Positions 18,091 through 25,042 of a stretch of 40,958 nt of DNA are shown piece by piece (positions within the stretch are counted from its first letter, which is position 1; each line of letters starts with the position of its first letter). The position numbers and the translations under genes were made by a program. Source of the DNA: a virus. Location of the stretch: IMG/VR virus record IMGVR_UViG_3300012971_000013, positions 1 to 40,958 of that record, one strand, 5' to 3'. Below the pieces are notes generated by a model, which searched no databases, was not told where the DNA came from, and was given only the letters and a program-made list of their open reading frames with translations.

Positions 18091-18963
18091 TTAGACCTCC
18101 TTCAGTTTGGTGAAGCGTGTGTCGATGTACCTGGTCGCGGGCACGGTGTACTCCTTGCGCGCGACCTCCTTGCGCTGCAGTTGAACTTCGGCATCCGGGA
18201 AGAGAAAGCGCGCGGCGTTGCCCATCTTGTAGAGCAGGTGCGCCTTCGTGCCTTCGGCCAGGTCTTCGTAGCGCTTCATCAGCTTCATCGCCTGCACGTA
18301 GGTCTGCTGCATCGCCTTGTCCTCGGCGTCGGCGACCATGGTGGTGCCGTCGGTTCCAGGGAACAGCCGCTCGATGATCCTGACCGAGTCGTTGTCCCAG
18401 TCGGGCGGTGGCGGCGTGTTGCTCTCGACCAGGTGCCAGAACTCTTCTTCGCCGTCGATGATGTTCCGCTGCAGATCGAGATCAGCAGGCACCTCGAAGA
18501 TGCGGAAGTCGTTGCCGCCGATCAACACCGCGATGTCGGCGACCTGCAGGCCGGTGACTGCGAGGTAGTGCTGCACCTGGATCAGATAGTCGTGCGGCAC
18601 CTCGTCGGTTCCGCTCTTGCCCCAGCCCTCGGCGATGCGCGCGGTCTTCGCCTCGAAGACGCGCTGATCCTCGGTGACGCCGTCGACGTGCGCGAGCATC
18701 CAGTTGTGCTTCGGGTGTCGCAGCGTGCCCGTGGGCAGATGCACCACGCGGCCCGTGATGTTCGCGTACTCCTGGCGGATGACCGGTTCGAGTACTCGCC
18801 CCCAGTGCAGCCAGCTACGATCCGCGACCGGCGCGTGCGGCTCGCGCTTCTCCAGGAACAACGCGAGCGGTGTCTTGAACGGCGACAACGACAACGCGGG
18901 TGCTGCGTCCGATCCGCCGAGGCCGGTGTGGCGCTCGGCGAGTTGCTCTTCAGTCAAGCTCAT
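18091..18963 (-). CDS. YqaJ-type viral recombinase exonuclease (PD-(D/E)xK, lambda Exo-like)
   Basis: ATG 18963 follows AAGGAGG (the track's 19176 start is rejected). 290 aa. ..GLGGSDAAPALSLSPFKTPLALFLEK.. and ..HVDGV...FEAKT.. are typical YqaJ motifs. Confidence 0.88.
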   Translation of the reverse strand: MSLTEEQLAERHTGLGGSDAAPALSLSPFKTPLALFLEKREPHAPVADRSWLHWGRVLEPVIRQEYANITGRVVHLPTGTLRHPKHNWMLAHVDGVTEDQRVFEAKTARIAEGWGKSGTDEVPHDYLIQVQHYLAVTGLQVADIAVLIGGNDFRIFEVPADLDLQRNIIDGEEEFWHLVESNTPPPPDWDNDSVRIIERLFPGTDGTTMVADAEDKAMQQTYVQAMKLMKRYEDLAEGTKAHLLYKMGNAARFLFPDAEVQLQRKEVARKEYTVPATRYIDTRFTKLKEV

Positions 18964-19057
18964 GCAACGCCTCCTTGGTTGAGGCGCTACACCGAATCCC
19001 TGCCGCGACGGTGTGGCGCGGGTGTTAGCCAGCGCGATAGTGTGCGCTTTAGCTCTG

Positions 19058-19091
19058 GAAAAAGTCAACGGCCCCGGGGGTGCCGAGGCCG
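19058..19091 (-). terminator. Hairpin plus U-run on the - strand between the HExxH gene and the exonuclease gene
   Basis: On the - strand: cggcctc-ggcaccccc-ggggccg (7-bp stem with one G-U), then ttgacttttt. Confidence 0.45.
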
Positions 19092-19095
19092 TCGT

Positions 19096-19114
19096 GGTCC
19101 AACAGGGTCCAACA
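19096..19114. promoter_or_regulatory. Tandem direct repeat GGTCCAACA x2 (TTGGACC half-sites on the - strand)
   Basis: ggtccaaca-g-ggtccaaca. Same 7-mer as the half-site of the palindrome at 25918-25933. Confidence 0.35.
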
Positions 19115-19141
19115 AACAACGAGATCGAGCGCGAAGCTACA

Positions 19142-19438
19142 TCAGAACTTCCACATCCCGCCGCAGTGCAGGCCAAGCTCGGGGTGATCGGTGCCGCGAT
19201 CCGCGCCCTGGGCGTGCTCCAGTTCGTGCTCGATGATCGCGGCGATCTGCACGCGGCTCATGCCCTCGGTGCGGACCTTGATGAGCTTCGCCTCGCGCAA
19301 GCAGACCCCGGCCATCTGCCCGAGGATGCCGGGCGTCTCGCTGTCTTCGCAGAACTTCACGAAGCGCACCGTATAGCCCAGGCGTTTCGCGCGGTCGACA
19401 GCGCGCCGGATCGCTGGGCTGCGCGTCGGGCCCTTCAT
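19142..19438 (-). CDS. Small HExxH metallopeptidase-like protein
   Basis: 98 aa. ..AAIIEHELEHAQG.. contains HExxH. ATGA coupling with the upstream peptide gene. Confidence 0.5.
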   Translation of the reverse strand: MKGPTRSPAIRRAVDRAKRLGYTVRFVKFCEDSETPGILGQMAGVCLREAKLIKVRTEGMSRVQIAAIIEHELEHAQGADRGTDHPELGLHCGGMWKF

Positions 19439-19542
19439 GAGTTCGCCGCCACGATCACGCAGCCGATGAGCGCGCCGATGGCCGCGCCAGTGAAGCCGCC
19501 GATCAGAAAGCCGATTGCGCCGAGTGCGATGATGACGATCAT
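19435..19542 (-). CDS. 35-aa glycine-zipper membrane peptide
   Basis: ATG after GGAGGG. MIVIIALGAIGFLIGGFTGAAIGALIGCVIVAANS (GxxxG repeats). Overlaps both neighbours by 4 nt. Confidence 0.45.
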   Translation of the reverse strand: MIVIIALGAIGFLIGGFTGAAIGALIGCVIVAANS

Positions 19543-19754
19543 GAGACCCTCCGGTTGCCGTGAATGATTTTGAAGCCGAGCGACTTGAGCACGTTGACGA
19601 GCGAGCGCAGGTGCCTGAACTCGATGATGTAGCCAGCGCCCCACTCGTGCGAGCCGCGCGGCATGAACTCGACGCAGTACAGGCGCGCCTCTTCGTTTGC
19701 CGGGCGCAGGAGGTAGATGCTGCCTGCGGTGACGACCTGGAAGTCGAACGTCAT
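19539..19754 (-). CDS. Small protein, paralog 2 of a tandem pair
   Basis: 71 aa. Shares ..DF.V...GSIYLLRP..E.AR..C....P......G..Y.IE.R..R..V......G.. with the upstream gene. Confidence 0.6.
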   Translation of the reverse strand: MTFDFQVVTAGSIYLLRPANEEARLYCVEFMPRGSHEWGAGYIIEFRHLRSLVNVLKSLGFKIIHGNRRVS

Positions 19755-19969
19755 GCTGACCTCTGATCGTGGTCGACGCTGAGACCGTCGGCGAGCGCAC
19801 CCTCGACGATGTCGCGGATGTAGCGGTGCTCGATGGCGTACGCGTGGCCGAACGTCGGCGCGTCGTCGGGCAGGTTGTCGTTGCACCAATCACGCGCTGC
19901 CTCGGTGAGCGGGCGCAGCAGGTAAATGCTGCCGTGGTTCTGCACTTCAAAATCAGGTTGCTTGTCCAC
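19751..19969 (-). CDS. Small protein, paralog 1 of a tandem pair
   Basis: GTG 19969 is 7 nt after AGGAGA in the recurrent leader motif; the track start at 19996 is less likely. 72 aa. Confidence 0.6.
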   Translation of the reverse strand: MDKQPDFEVQNHGSIYLLRPLTEAARDWCNDNLPDDAPTFGHAYAIEHRYIRDIVEGALADGLSVDHDQRSA

Positions 19970-19992
19970 TGTGTTCTCCTGGTTGACTGCGA

Positions 19993-20196
19993 TCACGCGC
20001 GCTCCCGGAAGGGAATGCGCTCCAGCCCGACGAGGTGTCGGTACAACCGAAGCAGCGCGTTGGGCATCGGCGTCACGCCCGTCTCCCAGTCCTGCCAGGT
20101 CCGACGCGCGACGCCGATGGTCTCGGCGGCTTCTGCCTGTGTATGCCCGACACGCTCACGAGAGCGCGCCGGTTCGTTGCCTTGCTTCTTGTTCAT
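19993..20196 (-). CDS. Small XRE-family HTH regulator
   Basis: 67 aa. ..HTQAEAAETIGVARRTWQDWETGVTPMP.. is a typical XRE HTH. Confidence 0.7.
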   Translation of the reverse strand: MNKKQGNEPARSRERVGHTQAEAAETIGVARRTWQDWETGVTPMPNALLRLYRHLVGLERIPFRERA

Positions 20197-20411
20197 GCCT
20201 TCTCCTTGGTCATCGCTTCATCGAGGTTGCGTGCGGTCTTCGAGACGCGCGGGTCATGGTTGATCGCGTCGCGCAGCCCGTGGTTGGCCTCATGCATTTG
20301 CGAGATCAGAAACTCGAAGTACATCGCCGTCTCGCTGTCGCGCACCTCCTGGGGCAGTTGCTCGCGCAGCCGCGCCCAGGCCTTCGACATCACGTCGTAG
20401 CAGTAGCTCAC
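20193..20411 (-). CDS. Hypothetical small protein
   Basis: GTG start within GAAGGAGGCATCGTGA (GTGA coupling). 72 aa. Confidence 0.5.
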   Translation of the reverse strand: MSYCYDVMSKAWARLREQLPQEVRDSETAMYFEFLISQMHEANHGLRDAINHDPRVSKTARNLDEAMTKEKA

Positions 20412-20659
20412 GATGCCTCCTTCTCGTGGCGCACGTTGCGCGCCTTGCAGACGATGAGACCGTTGCCCAGGATCGCGCGGTGCGAGCGCGAGCGCAGGGC
20501 CTTCTCGGCCATGTGACGCAGCATCACCTGGTCGATCACCACCTCGACGTCGCCGACGAGCTTCCCGTCCTCGACCGTGCGATGCGTGACGCCGCCGTTC
20601 TCGTGGCGCTCGGTCTCGCGCCGGTACGCTGGGATCACCAGCTTCTGCACGGTTCTCAT
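20408..20659 (-). CDS. Hypothetical small protein
   Basis: 83 aa, 4-nt overlaps on both sides, GC3-rich. Confidence 0.5.
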   Translation of the reverse strand: MRTVQKLVIPAYRRETERHENGGVTHRTVEDGKLVGDVEVVIDQVMLRHMAEKALRSRSHRAILGNGLIVCKARNVRHEKEAS

Positions 20660-20859
20660 GTGCGCTCCTTGTCCTGGCGCGCGATCTCGCGCCTGATGTC
20701 AACGCGAACCTCTTCGACGTCCTTGCCGAAGAGATCAGCGAGCAGGCACGCCGTGACGCTGGGCGTGCCGCACGCGTCCTCCTGCTCGTGGTCGACCCAC
20801 TCGGTGTCGTCGTTCGCCGCGATCCAGTGAATGCCTTCGCGGTAGCTAGCTCGCTTCAC
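20656..20859 (-). CDS. Hypothetical small acidic protein
   Basis: GTG start within a second copy of GAAGGAGGCATCGTGA. 67 aa. Confidence 0.5.
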   Translation of the reverse strand: MKRASYREGIHWIAANDDTEWVDHEQEDACGTPSVTACLLADLFGKDVEEVRVDIRREIARQDKERT

Positions 20860-21164
20860 GATGCCTCCTTCAGATTGTTGAGCCGGTGGAACGCCGCGAG
20901 GTACGCGGCCATGCCACCCTCGGCGATCAGCGCGGCGTCGTTCGCCGCGCTCTGCCGCGTGTACATCCTGCGCGCGTTCTGCGCCCGCGAACCGCGCCCG
21001 AGCTTCCGCAACTGCTCGGACGGCGCGATGCGGTCGGGCACGCCCGGGATGATGCGGTCGAGCGCGAGCCACTTGTGAATCGTGCCCTTGTACCCGGTGT
21101 TGTCCGGGTCGACGCCGCGCGCGATGCACGCCTCGCGCAGCGTCACGATCTTGGCGCGCTTCAT
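20856..21164 (-). CDS. Hypothetical protein
   Basis: ATGA coupling at 21164. 102 aa. Confidence 0.5.
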   Translation of the reverse strand: MKRAKIVTLREACIARGVDPDNTGYKGTIHKWLALDRIIPGVPDRIAPSEQLRKLGRGSRAQNARRMYTRQSAANDAALIAEGGMAAYLAAFHRLNNLKEAS

Positions 21165-21472
21165 GACCGCTCCTTCCGCTTCTCGATCAGGAACACGGCG
21201 GGCGCGCCCTCGAACATCGACGACGTGCCCATCGGCGCGTGCACCTCGAAGCGCGCGACTTGAATCTCCTCGCCGCCCCACACCTCGCGCGTGACGTGAA
21301 TCTTGACCATGCCGGTGCGCGGCCCGTCGTGCTCCATCACCACGCCCTCGATGTAGCAGTCGTCGCGCGAGCCGGGGAAGTCGTAGCTGCGAACGATGTC
21401 ACCGCGCACGATCTTGTCCTGCTTCGCTGCTTCGAGATTGAGCTTCGATTGGTCCCACGTACGCACGGCCAT
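21161..21472 (-). CDS. Hypothetical protein
   Basis: TAATG coupling at 21472. 103 aa. Confidence 0.5.
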   Translation of the reverse strand: MAVRTWDQSKLNLEAAKQDKIVRGDIVRSYDFPGSRDDCYIEGVVMEHDGPRTGMVKIHVTREVWGGEEIQVARFEVHAPMGTSSMFEGAPAVFLIEKRKERS

Positions 21473-21663
21473 TAGGCGTTCCCCTTCGCGAGTTCGCGGC
21501 CCGCGTTGATCGCGGCGTCCGCCTGGTTCGTGGTGAGGTTGAGGTACATCCCGATGGTCGCGGGGCCCTCGCCGTCGAGCACGTTCATCCTGAACGCGCG
21601 CTGGCACGTCTCGATGCCGTACTTCAGCACCGCCTGCTTGGTCTTCCTGCTGAGTTTCTCCAT
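21472..21663 (-). CDS. First gene of the leftward operon; small protein with possible HTH
   Basis: AACCAGGAGAA-GTGGAC-ATG leader. ATG at 21663, or GTG at 21669. 63 aa. ..GPATIGMYLNLTTNQADAAINAGRE.. could be an HTH. Confidence 0.5.
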   Translation of the reverse strand: MEKLSRKTKQAVLKYGIETCQRAFRMNVLDGEGPATIGMYLNLTTNQADAAINAGRELAKGNA

Positions 21664-21714
21664 GTCCACTTCTCCTGGTTGATTGAAAGGTGCTTCGACT
21701 ACGCGCGGATCATA

Positions 21715-21837
21715 GCACGGTAACCGTGCATGGGGCAAGCAATAGGTCACACTCTATGCACGGTTTCCGTACCCTTGATTTATAAGGGTTTTCGGCATGC
21801 TCCAGGGCGTGACATAGTGCTTGCACGGTTTCCGTGC
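21715..21837. promoter_or_regulatory. Three operator-like sites GCACGG-N3-CCGTGC in a divergent promoter region
   Basis: 21715-21729 gcacggtaaccgtgc, 21758-21772 gcacggtttccgtac (1 mismatch), 21823-21837 gcacggtttccgtgc. Candidate promoters: TTGCCC-N18-TATGAT leftward over site 1, TTGCAC-N18-TACCAT rightward over site 3. Confidence 0.6.
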
Positions 21838-21895
21838 TACGTGCTACCATGCGCGTGTAGTGGACACAGCACATCAAACCAACCAGGAGATCAGG

Positions 21896-22213
21896 ATGAA
21901 GAGCAAGATCGAAGTGTGGAACACCGAGAGGAAGTACACCCGCGTCGGGCAGGTGATCGGCGCGGTCGCGGTCGAGGGCGGCGTCGTGTTCGCCGACGTC
22001 TCGCGCATGGTCGAGGGCTTCGTGAAGGCGACGCCCGCGTTCGTGGCAGCGCACGGCGTGCGCGGCACTGCGATGTGGGGTTACGACACCGGCACCCCCG
22101 GCGCTGGCGGCAGCATGCAGTACAACTACGACTGGGTCGAAGGCGATGAGCAGCGCGCCGCGCTCGACGCTGTCCGCAAGGCCGCGAACGAATTCGCCGC
22201 GAGGCAGTCATGA
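21896..22213 (+). CDS. Hypothetical protein (rightward cassette gene A)
   Basis: ATG after AACCAGGAGA. 105 aa. GC3-rich. Confidence 0.55.
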   Translation: MKSKIEVWNTERKYTRVGQVIGAVAVEGGVVFADVSRMVEGFVKATPAFVAAHGVRGTAMWGYDTGTPGAGGSMQYNYDWVEGDEQRAALDAVRKAANEFAARQS

Positions 22214-22398
22214 ACGCCCCGCTCTGGCAGATCAAAATCGACGCGGGCCAGTGGATGGCTGGCCTGCACACGTTCCGCTCGAAGCAGAAGGCCGTCGCGT
22301 GGGCTGGCAACTACCTGCGCGCTCGCGTCGAGGGCGGAACTGTGCGCCTGCTGCAGGACGGCAAGCAGATCGCGCTGATCTCGAAGGCGGCGTCGTGA
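22210..22398 (+). CDS. Hypothetical small protein (cassette gene B)
   Basis: ATGA coupling. 62 aa. Confidence 0.5.
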   Translation: MNAPLWQIKIDAGQWMAGLHTFRSKQKAVAWAGNYLRARVEGGTVRLLQDGKQIALISKAAS

Positions 22399-22787
22399 GG
22401 TACGCCTTCGCTGACTACGCGCAGACCCCAGCCGGGTACAAGGACGAGAAGCGCGACTGCGTCGTGCGCGCGCTGCGCGTCGCGGCGGGCATCAGCTACG
22501 AGGAAGCGCACGCGACGCTGAAGAGCGAGGGGCGCTTCGACCGTGGCACCACGTTCCCGAGCGCCATGGCGCGCGCGGCTGTGCGCCACGGCTTCGTGGC
22601 GGTCCTGCCCGACTTCGTGCGGCCCACGCTCGCACACTTCGTGCGGACGCACCCGACCGGCAGCTACATCGTGCGCCTGAAGAAGCACGCCATCGCCGTG
22701 CGCGACGGCATCGTGCACGACTGGAAGGATCACAAGCGCTGCGGCCCGAGGACGCAGGTCAGGGGCGCATGGGGGCGCGCCGCGTAG
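22395..22787 (+). CDS. Putative papain-like Cys/His peptidase (cassette gene C)
   Basis: GTGA coupling, 130 aa. ..EKRDCVVRALRVAAGISYEEA.. and ..KKHAIAVRDGIVHDW.. suggest a Cys...His dyad. Family recalled from memory only. Confidence 0.4.
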   Translation: MRYAFADYAQTPAGYKDEKRDCVVRALRVAAGISYEEAHATLKSEGRFDRGTTFPSAMARAAVRHGFVAVLPDFVRPTLAHFVRTHPTGSYIVRLKKHAIAVRDGIVHDWKDHKRCGPRTQVRGAWGRAA

Positions 22788-22804
22788 AGCGCTCGCCGCG
22801 CACT

Positions 22805-23038
22805 TCAAAGGGCCCTACGGGGCCCTTTCTTTTTGCGCCGGTAGATTTGCGTGAAGGTCAGCGAGGGATCAATCTGCAGCGCGCGGATCGCGTCGGCGAG
22901 CTTGATGTCGGGCGCTTCGAGCGCGACCTCGAAGTGGCATTCGGGGTGCGCGACGTCGAAGTCGCGCAGGTGCTGCACCCAGGCCTGCGCCAGGTCGGCG
23001 GGCAACTGCGCGATGGTGAACACCTTGACCTTGTCCAT
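22805..23038 (-). CDS. Hypothetical small protein
   Basis: ATG at 23038 (MDKVKVFTIAQL..). 77 aa. The upstream part of track ORF 22805..23275 is rejected. Confidence 0.5.
   Translation of the reverse strand: MDKVKVFTIAQLPADLAQAWVQHLRDFDVAHPECHFEVALEAPDIKLADAIRALQIDPSLTFTQIYRRKKKGPRRAL
22807..22834 (+). terminator. Rho-independent terminator between convergent operons
   Basis: aaagggccc-tacg-gggcccttt followed by cttttt. Confidence 0.75.
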
Positions 23039-23301
23039 CAGTGCGCCTTCTTGCGGAAGTGCTTCGTGATCTCGGCGGCGATCTGCTCCGGCATTTCGAT
23101 CACGTCGTCGGGCTCGGGCACGAAGCACAGCATGCACACGACCTCGATGCTCGGGTCCGCCTTCAGCAGCGCCTGCGATCCTGGCGCGACGCACACCGGC
23201 ACGCCGCAGTCGCAGCAGGTGTACGTGAACACGGTGCCGTCGACCGCGTCCGCGTGCGCGCTCGCTGGCATGCACAGCAGTCGCCGCCTGTCATCGCTCA
23301 C
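23038..23301 (-). CDS. Cys-rich small protein (possible zinc-binding)
   Basis: GTGA-coupled GTG at 23301 (ATG 23271 is an alternative). ..YTCCDCGVPVCV....VVCMLCF... Confidence 0.45.
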   Translation of the reverse strand: MSDDRRRLLCMPASAHADAVDGTVFTYTCCDCGVPVCVAPGSQALLKADPSIEVVCMLCFVPEPDDVIEMPEQIAAEITKHFRKKAH

Positions 23302-23480
23302 GGGAAGCCGCCGGTCTCGCGCTTGTAGCAATCGCGGCAGCGGTAGCGGTACAGCGGCCACACGCGATACAGCGCGACGTCGGGCGAGTAGCCGCGCTTC
23401 TCGGCCTTCGCCAGGCAGCGCTTGCCGCAGCAGATGCCCACGCGCTCGCGCGGCTCCTCGTCACGTCTACCCCGCGCCAT
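23298..23480 (-). CDS. Cys-rich basic small protein
   Basis: 60 aa. ..GICCGKRCL....YRCRDCY... Confidence 0.4.
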   Translation of the reverse strand: MARGRRDEEPRERVGICCGKRCLAKAEKRGYSPDVALYRVWPLYRYRCRDCYKRETGGFP

Positions 23481-23670
23481 CGATGAAGTGCCAGTCGGGC
23501 GGCATGCCCTGCGACCGGAAGCGCGCCTCCAGCGCCTCGATGTACGCGCGCAGTTCGCCCTCGGTCTTGAAGTGCTTGTGCAACGCCGTGAGGATCGTGT
23601 CGTACGAGTTGAGCGAGCCCGCGCTGTAGCTCGCCTTCATCACGCTCGCAACGCGCTCGAAGTAGTCCAT
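23467..23670 (-). CDS. Hypothetical small protein
   Basis: TGATG-coupled ATG at 23670 (MDYFERVASV..). 67 aa. Confidence 0.45.
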   Translation of the reverse strand: MDYFERVASVMKASYSAGSLNSYDTILTALHKHFKTEGELRAYIEALEARFRSQGMPPDWHFIDGAG

Positions 23671-23882
23671 CAGTGCCCGACCTTCTGCATGAACTCCTGC
23701 AGCGCCTTCAGCATGTCGTCGCGCTTCGCGTTGCTGATCCACGTCAGGAACCCTTCGCCCTGACTCTCGAAGTCGAAGACGAGCAGCGCGAAGCCGAGGC
23801 CCTTGGGCAGGCTCTTGCCGATGGTGCGTCCGATGTCGCGCGCCTTTTCCTCCATCATTTTGAGATCAACGTCACTCGACAT
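23670..23882 (-). CDS. Hypothetical small protein
   Basis: 70 aa, GC3-rich, tightly packed. Confidence 0.5.
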   Translation of the reverse strand: MSSDVDLKMMEEKARDIGRTIGKSLPKGLGFALLVFDFESQGEGFLTWISNAKRDDMLKALQEFMQKVGH

Positions 23883-24108
23883 CGACGACTCCAGCCGTGG
23901 CGAGCGACCAGCCCTTGACCTGGCAGTGCTCGCGCACGCGCACCATGTCCCAGCCGCGCATGTACTTCAGGATCGGCGCGGTTCGCATCACGCGACCGAC
24001 CGAGGTGACCAGGCCCGCAGTGAACTCGCGGCCCTTCGCATCGCGCCCGCTGATCTGGTAGGTCATGCCGCCTCGCCGTCCGTTGCTGGTGATCTCGCCG
24101 TTGGTCAT
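23872..24108 (-). CDS. Hypothetical small protein
   Basis: ATGA-coupled ATG at 24108 (MTNGEITSNG..). 78 aa. Confidence 0.45.
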   Translation of the reverse strand: MTNGEITSNGRRGGMTYQISGRDAKGREFTAGLVTSVGRVMRTAPILKYMRGWDMVRVREHCQVKGWSLATAGVVDVE

Positions 24109-24389
24109 CCAATCACCCGGTTCCACTCCTCGACGCGGCGAATGCCTTCGCGCACGCGAGCGATGAAGGCTTCATTGCGTCGCACGTTGTGCCAGTTGCC
24201 GACTGCCGCCGCGATGTTCACGCTCACGCAGAGCGCCTGCACCCACACGTATTCGATCATCAGGTGACTGGGCGAGTAGATCGCGTCGGCTGCGATGTAT
24301 GTGCACAGGCCGAATGCAAACACGCCGAACCAGCGCAGCCGCTTCGCGGTTCGTAGGTGCTTGTGCAACTCGGTGGCGTCGAGCTTCAT
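24105..24389 (-). CDS. Small membrane protein (two predicted TM helices)
   Basis: 94 aa. Hydrophobic stretches ..WFGVFAFGLCTYIAADAIY.. and ..VWVQALCVSVNIAAAVGNW... Confidence 0.55.
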   Translation of the reverse strand: MKLDATELHKHLRTAKRLRWFGVFAFGLCTYIAADAIYSPSHLMIEYVWVQALCVSVNIAAAVGNWHNVRRNEAFIARVREGIRRVEEWNRVIG

Positions 24390-24790
24390 GCGAGCTTCGC
24401 CAGTACCTCGTGCGCGTAGCGGCGCGTGTTCTCGTCGTGCGTCTGATCGGCGATGCGCTCAAGCGCGCGCCACAACTCCGGGCCCGCGCGCTGCCTGCGC
24501 TCCATCAGATCGTTCAACTCCATCACGCGCTTCTGCTCCTCGGCCTGGTCCTTGTAGTAGCGCTCGATCTCCGGCATCAGGCCCTTGCCCTGCTCGGTGA
24601 GTTCGAGATAGCGCTTCGTGCCCTTGGGCGTGACGCGCACGCTCATCCAGCCGGGCTCGACTAGCTCGCGCATCGCGGCGTGCAGCGTGCCGTGGTTCCA
24701 ACGCGTGCACTCCACGCGCTCGCCGTGGTGCGCGCGACGCATCGCGTGCAGCGCGGTCGTGCTCAAGTTCGCTGGGCTCGCTGGCTTCAC
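24386..24790 (-). CDS. Possible winged-helix DNA-binding protein
   Basis: GTGA-coupled GTG start, 134 aa. ..LHAAMRELVEPGWMSVRVTPKGTKRYLELTEQGK.. resembles a wHTH wing. Confidence 0.4.
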   Translation of the reverse strand: MKPASPANLSTTALHAMRRAHHGERVECTRWNHGTLHAAMRELVEPGWMSVRVTPKGTKRYLELTEQGKGLMPEIERYYKDQAEEQKRVMELNDLMERRQRAGPELWRALERIADQTHDENTRRYAHEVLAKLA

Positions 24791-25002
24791 AGTTCAGACT
24801 CGTCGCATGCATCATACGCGCCTGCCAGGACGTTGATCGCCTCGCGCCCGTTCTTCACCCGCTCGGCGTTGATGTACGCGATGCAGTCCTGGCAGATCGG
24901 CTCGCGCGATCCGTGCACGATCACGCTCGGCACGCGCGCCGGGTTGTAGCCGAAGGGTACGCCGCAACGAATGCACGGGCTGAAAGCGAAGAGGTAGCCC
25001 AC
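24787..25002 (-). CDS. Small CxxC...CxxC zinc-ribbon-like protein
   Basis: GTG start, 71 aa. ..CIRCG....CQDC... Confidence 0.45.
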   Translation of the reverse strand: MGYLFAFSPCIRCGVPFGYNPARVPSVIVHGSREPICQDCIAYINAERVKNGREAINVLAGAYDACDESEL

Positions 25003-25010
25003 GAATGAAA

Positions 25011-25042
25011 GCGGCCCGAGTACCAGTGGGAACTCGGGCCGC
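25011..25042 (-). terminator. Strong hairpin downstream of cI (terminator, attenuator or nut-like element)
   Basis: Perfect 10-bp stem gcggcccgag/ctcgggccgc with a 12-nt loop. On the - strand it is followed by tttcattcg and lies 9 nt before the next gene's start. Confidence 0.5.

Noticed and set aside
18088-19236. 382-aa ORF on the + strand
   Set aside because: Antisense to the YqaJ exonuclease and HExxH genes, with shadow-type composition.
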